A stretch of DNA of 29,393 nt, taken from Bdellovibrionota bacterium (lineage in GTDB: Bacteria > Bdellovibrionota_C > UBA2361 > OMII01). The stretch covers positions 1 to 29,393 of the forward strand of contig JBIKWQ010000043.1 in assembly GCA_044356215.1 (NCBI GenBank). Reading direction: 5' to 3'. The stretch's first letter is position 1, and each line of letters starts with the position of its first letter. Made by a program: the position numbers and the translations under genes. This document shows, piece after piece, positions 16,459-26,471 of this stretch. Below the pieces are notes generated by a model. The model was not told the DNA's origin, ran no database searches, and was given only the letters and a program-made list of their open reading frames with translations.

Positions 16459-17157
16459 CTACTCCACCGTTAGTAACTGCTCAAAAAATCCACCGAGCTG
16501 CCTCTGCTGATCAACAAAGTGGATCTCAAGGATCCAGTCCCTGGGTTTCCCATTTTGGTCGGGATCCCTCATTTTGGTCTGGTTGTCAGGGTGAATGTAA
16601 TTAAGGTACTCATCTCCCTGAATCCGCTCATGCGGGAAACTTCCTATTAGGTGTCCACAGTGAGCCTGTGGAAATTTCCAGCCGCGTGCCTCGGCGAGCC
16701 CAATAATAAAGTTAAATAGTTGCGCGCCGGTTATATCTGGAGTTTGGTCGTAGTGCTTTTTGCCGAGCTGCCATGCTTCCTCAATCTCTCTTTGAATTTT
16801 TAGTTTTAGTGGATCGTTTCCTAGAACGTAAGTCCGTCCGAAGTCCGCCTCCCAATCCTCAAATACAGGTCCGAAATCAAAGAATAGGATGTCATCATCC
16901 TGAATCATTAGGTCAGGAGGATTTTCGCGGTAGGGGTGAACGGTGTTGGCTCCCGACCGAACTATTCGCTTGTGCCAGTATTTCTTGATTCCATACATCT
17001 CAAGGGCTAGGTCGTACATCTCAGTGTTAAGGGTCTTCTCTGAGATCCCGGATCGAATCAGCCCGCGTCGCTCGGCCTCCTCAAACAGTTTAGCTGCCTT
17101 TGTTTCAGCATCTCGTAGTCTGGTGTGTCTCTCGGATTCTTCAGTGTTAGAATTCAT
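16459..17157 (-). CDS. M24-family metallopeptidase
   Basis: DFGP...EADFGRTY, CGHLIG..PHE, WILEIH, FFEQL metal ligands. Confidence 0.9.
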   Translation of the reverse strand: MNSNTEESERHTRLRDAETKAAKLFEEAERRGLIRSGISEKTLNTEMYDLALEMYGIKKYWHKRIVRSGANTVHPYRENPPDLMIQDDDILFFDFGPVFEDWEADFGRTYVLGNDPLKLKIQREIEEAWQLGKKHYDQTPDITGAQLFNFIIGLAEARGWKFPQAHCGHLIGSFPHERIQGDEYLNYIHPDNQTKMRDPDQNGKPRDWILEIHFVDQQRQLGGFFEQLLTVE

Positions 17158-17247
17158 TTTGTCGGGCTCTCGTGATTAGGGCAGTTTCAAACGAGGTTAC
17201 TTGTCTTGGTCGCGTTGCGCAAGGAATACGCCCCTCTGTTATAAATC

Positions 17248-17337
17248 GAGCAGCATAGGCATAAAAACAAGCTATCCTGCTCAAAAAGCGATTCCAAAAA
17301 TGAGCAGTATAGAGTAAAATAAGAGCCATAGCGCTCG
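17248..17337. promoter_or_regulatory. Array of GAGCAGnATAG half-sites in a divergent promoter region
   Basis: GAGCAGCATAG (17248), inverted CTATCCTGCTC (17272), GAGCAGTATAG (17302), degenerate inverted site near 17327. TATAAT at 17369. Confidence 0.45.
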
Positions 17338-17394
17338 TTTTTTGCATCGATTAATTTGATGCGAGTCGTATAATATTGAAAGCACACGGTTTAT

Positions 17395-18831
17395 ATGGCT
17401 GGACGGACTAGAAATAAACAGGGCCTAGTATTTGTTGGCCGCCGGGATGAACTTTTACAGTTTGAACAGCTCAAGGAAGATGCGGGAGCGAAGATCCTCG
17501 TGGTTTATGGTCGACGACGTGTCGGCAAGACCACTCTGATCCATAAAGCGTTTTCTGATCGAAGATTGCTCAAGTTTGAGGGAATCGAGGGGAGACCACC
17601 TCGGATCCAACGAGAGAATTTTTTGCAAGAGATGTCCCGACATTTTAACGATCCGTCTCTGGCAAAGCTTCGTGTTGATTCATGGCGTGATGTATTTATT
17701 GAATTAGCTAAGCGTGTCTCGCGAGGAAACGTAACCCTCTATTTCGAGGAGGTTCAGTGGTTGTCGTCTTACAAGGACGATCTGATAGTTGATCTGAAAT
17801 ACGCCTGGGATAACTATCTAAAGCAAAACGATCGCTTGATTCTCATTCTTTGTGGCTCAGCTCCTTCGTTTTTGATCGAGAAGGTCGTGATGTCGAAAGC
17901 ACTTTACAATCGCTCAAACTACACATTTCCTATCGGAGAGCTCACCATCAAAGATGTACGGGATCTTATGGGGCCTTCAATCTCCAAAGATAACGCGCTG
18001 GACGTCTACCTATCAGTTGGAGGCATCCCTGAGTATATTAAGTACGTCACGAGTGAATCGTCCGTCTATCTCTCGTTATGCAGACACGCTTTTTTGCCGG
18101 GTGGTTTTTTCGTCGATGAGGCCGATCGGGTCTTTGTTAGCTCTTTGGCGAACAATCCCCACTATAAGGCTATAGTAGGATACCTAGCACGACACGGGGC
18201 TCGTTCTAAGAGCGAAGTAATGAAAGATTTGAGAATTCCATTGGGTGGCGCGGCTACTCGTGTATTCGGGGATCTGAAGCAATCAGGATTTGTCAATTCG
18301 TTCGCCAGTTTGAAGCATGGACATTCGGGCCGAAATGCCAGATATTTTCTGGCAGATAACTACCTAAATTTTTACTACTCGTTTATACATTCGCAAGTTC
18401 GCGATATCTCCTCGCGTCGATTCGCTCGAAATCCAAACGCCGCGATGCCCATTCAAAGCTATCGCCAATGGCTTGGCTACTCATTTGAGCGTTATTGCTT
18501 AACTCGCGCTCATCAATTGGCGGCGACTATGGGGTTCGCCGCGGTTCGTTACGACTATGGCCCGATGTACAAACCTGATGGAGCCAAAGCCCAGATTGAC
18601 CTTGCTTTCCGCAGGGCGGATAAGGTCCTAACGATCTGCGAGATAAAGTATCAAGCCGACCCGGTCGGCATGGACATCGCCCACGAATTCGAGCGGAAGG
18701 TTAGGTTAATAGCGAGTAATCGAAGAGAGAGTATACAGAGGGTGTTAATCGCCCCTGGGGGAGTGACCCCGAATGTAAGATCAGGCGGGTATTTCGATGT
18801 CATTTTGGGCCTCGATGATATCTTCTCGTAG
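17395..18831 (+). CDS. Archaeal-type AAA ATPase (ATPase_2) with DUF234 / PD-(D/E)XK-like C-terminus
   Basis: FVGRRDEL, YGRRRVGKT, YFEEVQW, LCGS, GGIPEY, QIDL...CEIK. Confidence 0.9.
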   Translation: MAGRTRNKQGLVFVGRRDELLQFEQLKEDAGAKILVVYGRRRVGKTTLIHKAFSDRRLLKFEGIEGRPPRIQRENFLQEMSRHFNDPSLAKLRVDSWRDVFIELAKRVSRGNVTLYFEEVQWLSSYKDDLIVDLKYAWDNYLKQNDRLILILCGSAPSFLIEKVVMSKALYNRSNYTFPIGELTIKDVRDLMGPSISKDNALDVYLSVGGIPEYIKYVTSESSVYLSLCRHAFLPGGFFVDEADRVFVSSLANNPHYKAIVGYLARHGARSKSEVMKDLRIPLGGAATRVFGDLKQSGFVNSFASLKHGHSGRNARYFLADNYLNFYYSFIHSQVRDISSRRFARNPNAAMPIQSYRQWLGYSFERYCLTRAHQLAATMGFAAVRYDYGPMYKPDGAKAQIDLAFRRADKVLTICEIKYQADPVGMDIAHEFERKVRLIASNRRESIQRVLIAPGGVTPNVRSGGYFDVILGLDDIFS

Positions 18832-18870
18832 AAGTTGCCCCCTCAACCCCATCCCTGATACATTCTCCCT

Positions 18871-19716
18871 ATGAAATGGTCAGGACGAAAACAGAGTGAT
18901 AACGTTATCGATCGCCGCGAGAGTTCCGGCGCTGGAATGTCAACGTCTCGTCGGGGCGCGGGTCCAAAGCTAGGGCTTGGGGGCGTCGTGGCGATTGGCT
19001 TAGTGGTGTACTTTTTAGGTGGTGACCCACGAATCGTCCTCTCCCTGTTACAAGGGCAGATGACTCAGCAGGTGGGGATGCCTAGTCAGGGGCAGATGCC
19101 TCGTTCAAATTTTGATTCGGATGACACTAAGGGGCTAGTTTCAGTTACCCTGGCCGATTTAGAGGATCGTTGGCAGAAGATATTTCAGAGCCTCGGTCGG
19201 AGCTATACAGAGACACCTCTAGTTCTCTTTCGAGGTGCCACAGATACCGCTTGCGGTCTCGGTCAACGAGCATCGGGGCCGTTTTATTGCCCGGCTGATA
19301 AGCGGGTGTATCTCGACTTAAGCTTTATGGATGATCTTCTAAAGCTTGGCGGCAAAGGGGACTTCTCTCTGGCGTATGTGGTAGCCCATGAGGTCGGGCA
19401 CCATGTGCAAACACTTCTTGATCCTCAACGGATGCGTGGCCGTAGTAATCAGAGCGATGCGATCGCTATTGAATTGCAAGCCGACTGTTACGCTGGTTTG
19501 TGGGCGCACTACGCTAATCAGGAGCGCGATTTCCTAGAGCCAGGGGATATCCAAGAGGGGTTGGCTACTGCAGCTGCGGTAGGGGACGATCACATTCAAC
19601 GCTCAGCCGGACAGGCTGTTTCACCAGAGTCATTTACCCACGGAACCTCGGAGCAGAGGCAGCAAGCTTTCATGCAGGGATTCCGCTCCGGAGATATTCG
19701 AGGCTGCCAGTTCTAG
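18871..19716 (+). CDS. ypfJ: Neutral zinc metallopeptidase (YpfJ-like)
   Basis: MKW.GR.QS.NV.DRR, GPFYCPAD, AHEVGHHVQ, ELQADCYAG, FTHGTSEQR. Confidence 0.92.
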   Translation: MKWSGRKQSDNVIDRRESSGAGMSTSRRGAGPKLGLGGVVAIGLVVYFLGGDPRIVLSLLQGQMTQQVGMPSQGQMPRSNFDSDDTKGLVSVTLADLEDRWQKIFQSLGRSYTETPLVLFRGATDTACGLGQRASGPFYCPADKRVYLDLSFMDDLLKLGGKGDFSLAYVVAHEVGHHVQTLLDPQRMRGRSNQSDAIAIELQADCYAGLWAHYANQERDFLEPGDIQEGLATAAAVGDDHIQRSAGQAVSPESFTHGTSEQRQQAFMQGFRSGDIRGCQF

Positions 19717-21437
19717 GATTGACTCGGTTGCTTAACCTGTGGCTCTCGCGGAAGAGCTTTGACGTGCCAGTTCCGATTTCCTAGTGCCATGAGCGCGAGA
19801 TCGAAATCTCTATCTGGTAACAATTCAAACGGAACCAGAAGAGCGAAACGATAAGCTTTTTCGTTCGGGGCTACGGTGACTGGTGCCGCGCCAGCAGGAA
19901 GAAGATCTCTGCCTCTCACAGATGGAAGGCATAGACGCCTATTCCAGCTCTCGGAACCCGTCCCGATGGCGAGAAGACATACGGAACGTGGAGTGACGAT
20001 CTGCTCCGCTTTAATCGATACGTCTCCCCTAATGAATATAAAGCTCCGATCCTGTGCGTATTGCTCAATGTTGATTATCAGATCTGCGCTTTGTTCCGGA
20101 AGAGTAAGATCTCGCTCAAGAAAACGCTTCAAATACGCTGTCGGATCTGGTGAGTAGATTCCCAATCGTGACGCTCTTTGAAGAACGTAATCTGTTACCT
20201 GTCTTGGTGGAAACTCAGCGAGGGTAATCGTTGGATCGAATCGATATGCAACCAGCTCGCGAGCGAGCTTGAGATTAAATGGAGTAACTGTTTTTGGAAT
20301 ATCGGAGTAACTTCGAAGCGCCAATGCTCCGGTGATTAAAAGAGCTGTCCCCCATACTATCCATCTGAGTTTACTCGCGGTGATAATCAACGCGGTGAAG
20401 ATCGCTGCCCATGCAGTTGTCGAGTATACCTGATAACGTGAGAGTAGGGCGTGCTCGATCCCCCCTTCAGAGAATCGCAAGAGCGCGGAAGAGCCACCCG
20501 CGCATACCGACAGGATGAATACGGCGAAAAGGGGAGGGTATCTCCATAGTCGAATGTAGAGCGAAATGGCTATCAAACAAGCGCCTAAAACACACGCCAC
20601 AATCGGGTCGGAGATATTAAAAGCGTTGCCGACGAAAGCGAGCGGATAAGAAAACAGGCCCTTTAGGGAACTCTCTTTGTCTAGAAAATCTCTGATGTCA
20701 GAACGGAGTAGTGAATTCGAGCCGATCGAATAAATTCGAATAAGCCCTAAAATTCCGGCACCAACGACGAGGCCCCAGGTGATCTTACTTCTCTTGAATT
20801 TCAAAATAGTGAATAAGCACACCAAGGCAGCGACGAATAAGCCGGCACCACCAAAGAAGGCCGCCGCCGCGCCGATTAACAGAGCACTTGCTATAGCTCC
20901 GCGTTCAAGAGCGATTAGTGATACAAGGGCCATTAACGGTAAGAATCCATGAATATAAGCGCTTGTGGCCCAGAGATAACTCCCCCAAACAGCGGGCTGA
21001 GTCAGCAAAATAAGGGTCGGGAGGTTTAGAAGGAGGCTAACTGCGAGAGTTACGCGAAGATAGCGCGTGAGCCAAAACACTAGAGTAAGAGAGACGAGGA
21101 TCGGAGATAGAGAGGCGACTACGGCTAAGAAGGAGAACGATACAGATCCGAATAGATAGTATGAGGTTAGAACCGCTAGTTTCAACAAGAGGGTTGGAGC
21201 CTCGTTGTATGAGGCAAATAGAAGCGATATATCTCTGTGTTCCAGCCAGTCAGCTAAGAATGTTAGGCAACTGTTGTAGTCATCGGCGAAGGGAAAAGGG
21301 TGGTGGAGTTTCCATGAGGTCAACAGCCAAAGAGAGGTCAAGAGTAACCATATTGATATTGCGATTAGCAACCAAATTCTTTGAGTTGTCTCTCGCTTTG
21401 ACGCGCATTTGAATTCGGCAAGTAGTCTCTGAATCAT
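19713..21437 (-). CDS. Polytopic membrane protein, possible GT-C-fold glycosyltransferase
   Basis: About 12 TM helices, PFADDY after TM1, SRY motif, soluble C-terminal domain. Confidence 0.6.
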   Translation of the reverse strand: MIQRLLAEFKCASKRETTQRIWLLIAISIWLLLTSLWLLTSWKLHHPFPFADDYNSCLTFLADWLEHRDISLLFASYNEAPTLLLKLAVLTSYYLFGSVSFSFLAVVASLSPILVSLTLVFWLTRYLRVTLAVSLLLNLPTLILLTQPAVWGSYLWATSAYIHGFLPLMALVSLIALERGAIASALLIGAAAAFFGGAGLFVAALVCLFTILKFKRSKITWGLVVGAGILGLIRIYSIGSNSLLRSDIRDFLDKESSLKGLFSYPLAFVGNAFNISDPIVACVLGACLIAISLYIRLWRYPPLFAVFILSVCAGGSSALLRFSEGGIEHALLSRYQVYSTTAWAAIFTALIITASKLRWIVWGTALLITGALALRSYSDIPKTVTPFNLKLARELVAYRFDPTITLAEFPPRQVTDYVLQRASRLGIYSPDPTAYLKRFLERDLTLPEQSADLIINIEQYAQDRSFIFIRGDVSIKAEQIVTPRSVCLLAIGTGSESWNRRLCLPSVRGRDLLPAGAAPVTVAPNEKAYRFALLVPFELLPDRDFDLALMALGNRNWHVKALPREPQVKQPSQS

Positions 21438-21502
21438 ACAGAGAGACTAACAGCTCCCGACAGCTAGAGCAGCCACCTAAACAGCAGGTTCGTCTCAGGT
21501 TT

Positions 21503-22081
21503 CTAAATTAAGGAGTGTAAGGCTCCCCACGCTTCTTGAAGATTTACATCTTTAAGACGTCTGCTCCGCCTTGGCGCAGACAAAACTCTCCTCTTCTGAT
21601 AACATAAGTTAGTTGAGCTGTGGATATAGGATTCGTAATGACGAAGCTCCAGTGCAAGCTGTTTTAAAAGATAGCAAGCAGATGCGATGTCGTTCTCGGT
21701 CCTGGGGGTAAACGAAGTCGGTAGCTTATGAGGCGTGTGCATACCAGGAGCGAGAGTTTCTCTAAAAAAGAATGGGGATCGTTGATACCTCTTGACGATA
21801 ATCCCAGAGCCAGAGTCCTCAAGCATTGCTGCAAACCCGACCAAGTGCAGAGCTGTTTCAGGTGCTACAGTGAGGATATACTGAGATGAGCCGTAAGCGG
21901 CATCGGGAAGCTTGTGACGTATGAACCCGTAATTCAGCGCAAGGTTTCCCGCCTCTCTTCGAATGTCGAGACCGAGACACCACATCTGTAGGTTGAAAAG
22001 TTCTTCAAAATCTCTGCCGAAATCGCCTGAGAACGACCATCTTTTAATCTTATCGTGTCCTTGCTTAAACAGTTCCACCAT
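21503..22081 (-). CDS. Hypothetical protein in the COG0523 operon
   Basis: Starts 24 nt after the GTPase stop. QMWC.G.DIRR..GN....YGF segment. Confidence 0.7.
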   Translation of the reverse strand: MVELFKQGHDKIKRWSFSGDFGRDFEELFNLQMWCLGLDIRREAGNLALNYGFIRHKLPDAAYGSSQYILTVAPETALHLVGFAAMLEDSGSGIIVKRYQRSPFFFRETLAPGMHTPHKLPTSFTPRTENDIASACYLLKQLALELRHYESYIHSSTNLCYQKRRVLSAPRRSRRLKDVNLQEAWGALHSLI

Positions 22082-22105
22082 ATCGTTTAGTCGCCTCGAG
22101 TTGGG

Positions 22106-23323
22106 CTACAAAGGATCCTCGTCCTGTAAATTCCACGGCGAAAATGGATCGGGATAAGATGTCCAAGCTAACTCTCCTTCAGCTAGCTCACTATCCGAAA
22201 GTAGGCACTGGTCAAGCATTCGTATCAGGGACTCTTTATTCATCTCGATCCCGATTAGAACTAGCTCCTGCTTGCCGTTAATAGGAGCTGCCCGCGAGCC
22301 ACCTGGAACGTCACTGTCTGTACGAGGTACCCAGAAACCTGCTGGCTCGGTTCGGCACGAGCCCCCAGACTGCGACCACGAGCCAGCGATTCGAGGCCTA
22401 GAGGCGAGCCAGAAGAATCCTTTTGATCGGATTACTCCGGGCCAGTCCCCTTTGATGCAATCAGCAAATCGAGCTGGATGAAACGGACGGTCGCGTCTGT
22501 AGACAAAACTTGAGATCCCATACTCCTCGGTCTCGGGAGTATGAGCTCCTGATAGCTCCTTTAACCATCCAGCGCTATGTGATGCCTTTTCGAAGTCAAA
22601 CAGTTTTGTGTTGAGGATCTCCCGTACGGGTATTTTGCCGAACTCGGTGCGTATGATCCGAGCTCCTGGATTAAGCTTCTTGATTATACCCTCTACAATG
22701 ATGAGATCTTCTGGCGCAATCAGGTCAGTTTTGTTGAGGAGGATAACGTTAGCGAACTCAACCTGATCTACTAGGAGATCAACTAGAGTCCGGTCATCCC
22801 CATCCTGTACTCCGAGGCCCAGGGCTAGCAGATCGTCCTGTGATTGTAAATGCTCAAGGAAATTAGAGGAATCAACCACTGTAACCATAGTGTCTAAGCG
22901 AGCCACAGCAGAGAGAGTATCCCCATGTTCGTCTGTATAAGCGAAGGTTGCTGCTACGGGCATCGGCTCACCAATGCCCGTTGATTCAATTAACAAGTAG
23001 TCGTATTTCTCGGCTTGAGCGAGCTCCGCAACCTGCTCGATCAGATCCTCACGTAAAGTACAGCAGATACAACCGTTTGAAAGCTCGACTAGCTTTTCCT
23101 GACTCCGGTCTATGCGAGCGTCGCCACGCTCTACCAACTGAGCATCGATGTTGACCTCGCTCATGTCATTCACTATCACCGCGACCTTAAGCCCCTCTCT
23201 GTTTCTGAGCGTATGATTAAGCAGAGTAGTCTTACCCGACCCAAGGAACCCGGAGAGAACCGTGACTGGAAGACGGGCGCGCCGTTTTGATTTAGATTGG
23301 GATTTATAAGAGGATGAATTCAT
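22106..23323 (-). CDS. zigA: COG0523 zinc metallochaperone GTPase (ZigA/YciC-like)
   Basis: [55 protein letters not shown], CobW_C domain. Confidence 0.9.
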   Translation of the reverse strand: MNSSSYKSQSKSKRRARLPVTVLSGFLGSGKTTLLNHTLRNREGLKVAVIVNDMSEVNIDAQLVERGDARIDRSQEKLVELSNGCICCTLREDLIEQVAELAQAEKYDYLLIESTGIGEPMPVAATFAYTDEHGDTLSAVARLDTMVTVVDSSNFLEHLQSQDDLLALGLGVQDGDDRTLVDLLVDQVEFANVILLNKTDLIAPEDLIIVEGIIKKLNPGARIIRTEFGKIPVREILNTKLFDFEKASHSAGWLKELSGAHTPETEEYGISSFVYRRDRPFHPARFADCIKGDWPGVIRSKGFFWLASRPRIAGSWSQSGGSCRTEPAGFWVPRTDSDVPGGSRAAPINGKQELVLIGIEMNKESLIRMLDQCLLSDSELAEGELAWTSYPDPFSPWNLQDEDPL

Positions 23324-23337
23324 AATGACCTTCTAGC

Positions 23338-23352
23338 TGCAACTGGGTTGCG
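23338..23352. promoter_or_regulatory. Zur-like operator 1
   Basis: TGCAACTGGGTTGCG, 14 nt upstream of the GTPase ATG, directly after the -10. Confidence 0.75.
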
Positions 23353-23354
23353 TT

Positions 23355-23383
23355 AAGGTAAGCGGACACAGATAAATAGTCAA
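23355..23383 (-). promoter_or_regulatory. Sigma70 promoter of the COG0523 operon
   Basis: Minus strand TTGACT-17 nt-TACCTT. Confidence 0.6.
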
Positions 23384-23492
23384 TAGGTTTCGCCGGGCTA
23401 GGGGCCAATGGTTCCAGGTGCATAGCGTTTGAGGTTTATGGTAGGATTGAAAAGTTGAAGGTTCGGTTGATTCGTATAAACAGTTGATAGCT

Positions 23493-23864
23493 ATGAGAAA
23501 CACACAGGCACGACAGTTGATTATCGAGTTTCTAGAAGGCTGCAGTCAGCCGACGTCAGCGAAAGAGATTGTAGCGCACGTTTCAACGACCCGCCGAGAT
23601 ATAAACAAGTCAACAGTATATCGCTTTATAAAAGCGCTTACAGACGATGGTAAGTTAGCTACGATTCAGATACCTGGTAAGGGCGCAGTATATGAGATGA
23701 GAAGCAAAGCGCCGCACTACCACTTTAGTTGCGAACAGTGTGAGAAAGTGATGTGCATGGGAAAGGAGAGTTCTCAGATTAAGAAGCTAGTTCCGAAGGG
23801 CTATTCTATATCTTCGGAGGATTTGGTGCTCTCCGGGTTGTGTCCTTCGTGCAGAGATTCGTAA
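23493..23864 (+). CDS. Fur-family regulator, probably Zur
   Basis: INKSTVYR, HYHFSCEQC, C-terminal GLCPSC. Divergent from the COG0523 GTPase. Confidence 0.88.
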   Translation: MRNTQARQLIIEFLEGCSQPTSAKEIVAHVSTTRRDINKSTVYRFIKALTDDGKLATIQIPGKGAVYEMRSKAPHYHFSCEQCEKVMCMGKESSQIKKLVPKGYSISSEDLVLSGLCPSCRDS

Positions 23865-23940
23865 CTACTCACAGGATTTTTTTGATCGTCGCAGTCATAG
23901 CATCGCTAAGTAGGCTATTTTAGCACTTTTTCTTTCTTGT

Positions 23941-24027
23941 CACCCCCTAGTCGGGGGTGCCTTTATCTGGTGAGTAGTTATTATCTCCACCCCGCTTTGC
24001 TCCGCAAAGCCGCCCCTTAATAGGGGC
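23941..24027. repeat. Cluster of three GC-rich hairpins (REP-like or terminator)
   Basis: CACCCCC/GGGGGTG, GCTTTGC/GCAAAGC and GCCCCT/AGGGGC between convergent genes. Confidence 0.5.
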
Positions 24028-24157
24028 TAACGTTATTGCGGCATAATTTGCTGAATGGTTACACAGATTCTAAGAGATGATCGGCAAAAGGTCGAGATTG
24101 CGGGGTTTTGCAACGTGTCTATAGCTGGCGGCTATCCCTTGTTTTATATGCTCTCTA

Positions 24158-26452
24158 CTAGAAATTCTCCCCTTCTTCGGGAATCAGATAATCATCATCT
24201 GTATATGGAGCGTCCTCGCTCTTAGCTTGGAAAATGTCGAGGGATTTACCTGGGCTTCGGTTTGAGGCATTTGAGATCTTTCCGGATGCTGACGTCTTCG
24301 CGGCAACGGCGGAGGCGCCGGCAGCAGCCGTGCTCTGTGTGGTAGCCGACCCGCTAGAGCCTCCAGTAGGACCACGCTTGGCACGTTTCTTAAGCGCTTT
24401 GAGCCCTTTGATTTTGGGCTTTCTATTATCGACTGAATTTTCTCTCTTCTTTCTTCGGCTAGTAGCGAGGCGAATACGTGAAGACCCGGTACGTTCGGAT
24501 GCCCGAAACTCAGAGATCCCATCGTACTCTTCTTCACTCAGAGCCTCGAGGACTCTAGTCGCGAGATCTAGTTGTCGCATGGCCGTGATTGAAGACGAGT
24601 CGGATCGCTTTGCTCTGATCGCATTCGCGACCACTCTATTTAGCCTATCTACTATTGATCCCCGCAAGCCAGCATCCTTTTGGCTCTTTAGTTCTTTTGT
24701 CATAGGCCGAATAGTCGCGGATCTAACACTGATTTTATCAGCTGGACGTTCCGAGCCTTTTATCGCTCTCGACTCTTTAAGTTGTGCATTATGGTATCGC
24801 CTACTAATGCCTGACTCCTCGGACTTTACAGATTCTCTTCTCTGAGGTGGGCTTTGCCGCGTGGGGATGGTATGCCGGTCTCTAGAGATCGGGGTGCTGC
24901 TAGCGATGTCAGACCTCCGAGTTGAGAGGATATCTACATTTTCGCGATTGGGTGCCTCCCTCCTGGGCTGATAGTTGACACTTCGTGAAGCGAGCTGCCC
25001 CTGTGGGTGGATTGATGCGCGTGTTCGGCCGTTGGTAAGGTCTGATGACTGCTGACCAGCTTGGAATTGTCTCCTGGAAGATTCAACTAAGCCCTGATTT
25101 ACGGTTCGACTTGAGGTCAAAGGAGGCTCAGGAGCCCTAGTACTAGCCCCTGTTAATCGCGCGGTGCTTCTAGAGCTAATGTCACTTTTTATCACGCGGC
25201 TTGAATGTTGAGAAGTGAGTGGCTGCGACTCTTTGAGGAGTCTTGTAGTGTCTTTTGTTAGTCTCTCGGAAGCCCATCCCATGAAGCGTTCCTGGCGTTG
25301 CGTGTTGGCTGAGGGTTTATGTTCGGTGATAGCTAACCTAGAGCTAGGCTTAACAGCGCCGTTTTGACGGATAGGATCGGATCTCTGTGTGTCAGCTCGA
25401 GCACTGATCGCCGGCGAGCCGACTGCATTTGTATTCGAGAAAGCAGATCGCTGGTTAGGGTACGTTGAGGTGTATAGTGGAGAGCTGTTTTTGGTTGCGA
25501 GAGATCTTGAAGTCTGTTCAGTTAACTTAGCGGCTTCAGAAGTGTTCCCTGGAGTGGGCTTGATTCGTCTTTGCGCTCTTTGTGCAGATGAAGGATCTCG
25601 TGCCGGTGCGGTGTTCGAGGGGATGTTGTGCAGGCTTAAAGCATCTGATCTTGTATCGGGTTGGTTTAAACGACTTCGTGGAGAGCTACTTTCGTTTGGG
25701 TAAGATCTTACAGCCTGTTCAGTAAACTTAGTAGCTTCAGAGGCGCTTCTTGGATTAGGGTCGATTCGTTTTGGCTCGCTTAGTGTAGCTGGAGTCTCTC
25801 TTGTAGCCGCGACTTGCGAGGGTATGCCGCTTAGGACTAACTGAGCAGATTGCGTAACTGTTTGTACTGATGGCGTCCGTAAAATACTCCCTGAGTCTGG
25901 CTGGTATGTAGATGCACTTAAAGTCCTGTCTCCCGCATAACTAATTGTCCTATCAGTAGGGCCGAAAGGACTGGATTGGGACTGGGAATTGCTATTTAGC
26001 CATTTGCGCTGTTCTGGTTCAGTAGACTTAGAGATTGAAACATCACTGCCCGATCTTAGTGAACGATCGACGCTGGCTCTAACTTCAATACCCCCTCTAT
26101 CCGCTTGGATCGGTGAGGTATATGGATATCGAGACTCCACCTTTTCTACTGATGAGCTCACAATCGGGCTGATGTGATGATTATCTCTCCTGACAGGCTC
26201 TGCGGCAACGCTAGCATCTGGGGATCGGGCAGTCTGAGTTGCCTCGTTTGTACCTCTCCTTCTCGATCCTGGAGAGGGAGGAACGCCTCCCGATGTCCCT
26301 TGTTCATCGTTAGATTTGGCCACCGTTTTGGGTGTGCAGCCAGGGCAACTACAAGCCTCGCCATGTTGAGCTTCAGTATTTTTCGTCGGACTTTTCTCCC
26401 GAGTGAACCGGAGAAGACTAAGTAGATTTAGGGTGTGTTCTCTAGGTGGCAT
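24158..26452 (-). CDS. 764-aa Ser/Arg/Thr-rich, probably disordered protein
   Basis: Long open frame, in-frame 201-bp internal duplication, N-terminal HGEACSCPGC, starts 19 nt after the upstream gene. Confidence 0.7.
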   Translation of the reverse strand: MPPREHTLNLLSLLRFTREKSPTKNTEAQHGEACSCPGCTPKTVAKSNDEQGTSGGVPPSPGSRRRGTNEATQTARSPDASVAAEPVRRDNHHISPIVSSSVEKVESRYPYTSPIQADRGGIEVRASVDRSLRSGSDVSISKSTEPEQRKWLNSNSQSQSSPFGPTDRTISYAGDRTLSASTYQPDSGSILRTPSVQTVTQSAQLVLSGIPSQVAATRETPATLSEPKRIDPNPRSASEATKFTEQAVRSYPNESSSPRSRLNQPDTRSDALSLHNIPSNTAPARDPSSAQRAQRRIKPTPGNTSEAAKLTEQTSRSLATKNSSPLYTSTYPNQRSAFSNTNAVGSPAISARADTQRSDPIRQNGAVKPSSRLAITEHKPSANTQRQERFMGWASERLTKDTTRLLKESQPLTSQHSSRVIKSDISSRSTARLTGASTRAPEPPLTSSRTVNQGLVESSRRQFQAGQQSSDLTNGRTRASIHPQGQLASRSVNYQPRREAPNRENVDILSTRRSDIASSTPISRDRHTIPTRQSPPQRRESVKSEESGISRRYHNAQLKESRAIKGSERPADKISVRSATIRPMTKELKSQKDAGLRGSIVDRLNRVVANAIRAKRSDSSSITAMRQLDLATRVLEALSEEEYDGISEFRASERTGSSRIRLATSRRKKRENSVDNRKPKIKGLKALKKRAKRGPTGGSSGSATTQSTAAAGASAVAAKTSASGKISNASNRSPGKSLDIFQAKSEDAPYTDDDYLIPEEGENF

Positions 26453-26471
26453 ATGGGTGATACCATCAATC

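Noticed and set aside
24234..26425. Plus-strand ORFs (24234-24845, 25389-25703, 26174-26425 and others)
   Set aside because: They are antisense shadows of the 764-aa ORF, which is supported by operon position and an in-frame repeat.
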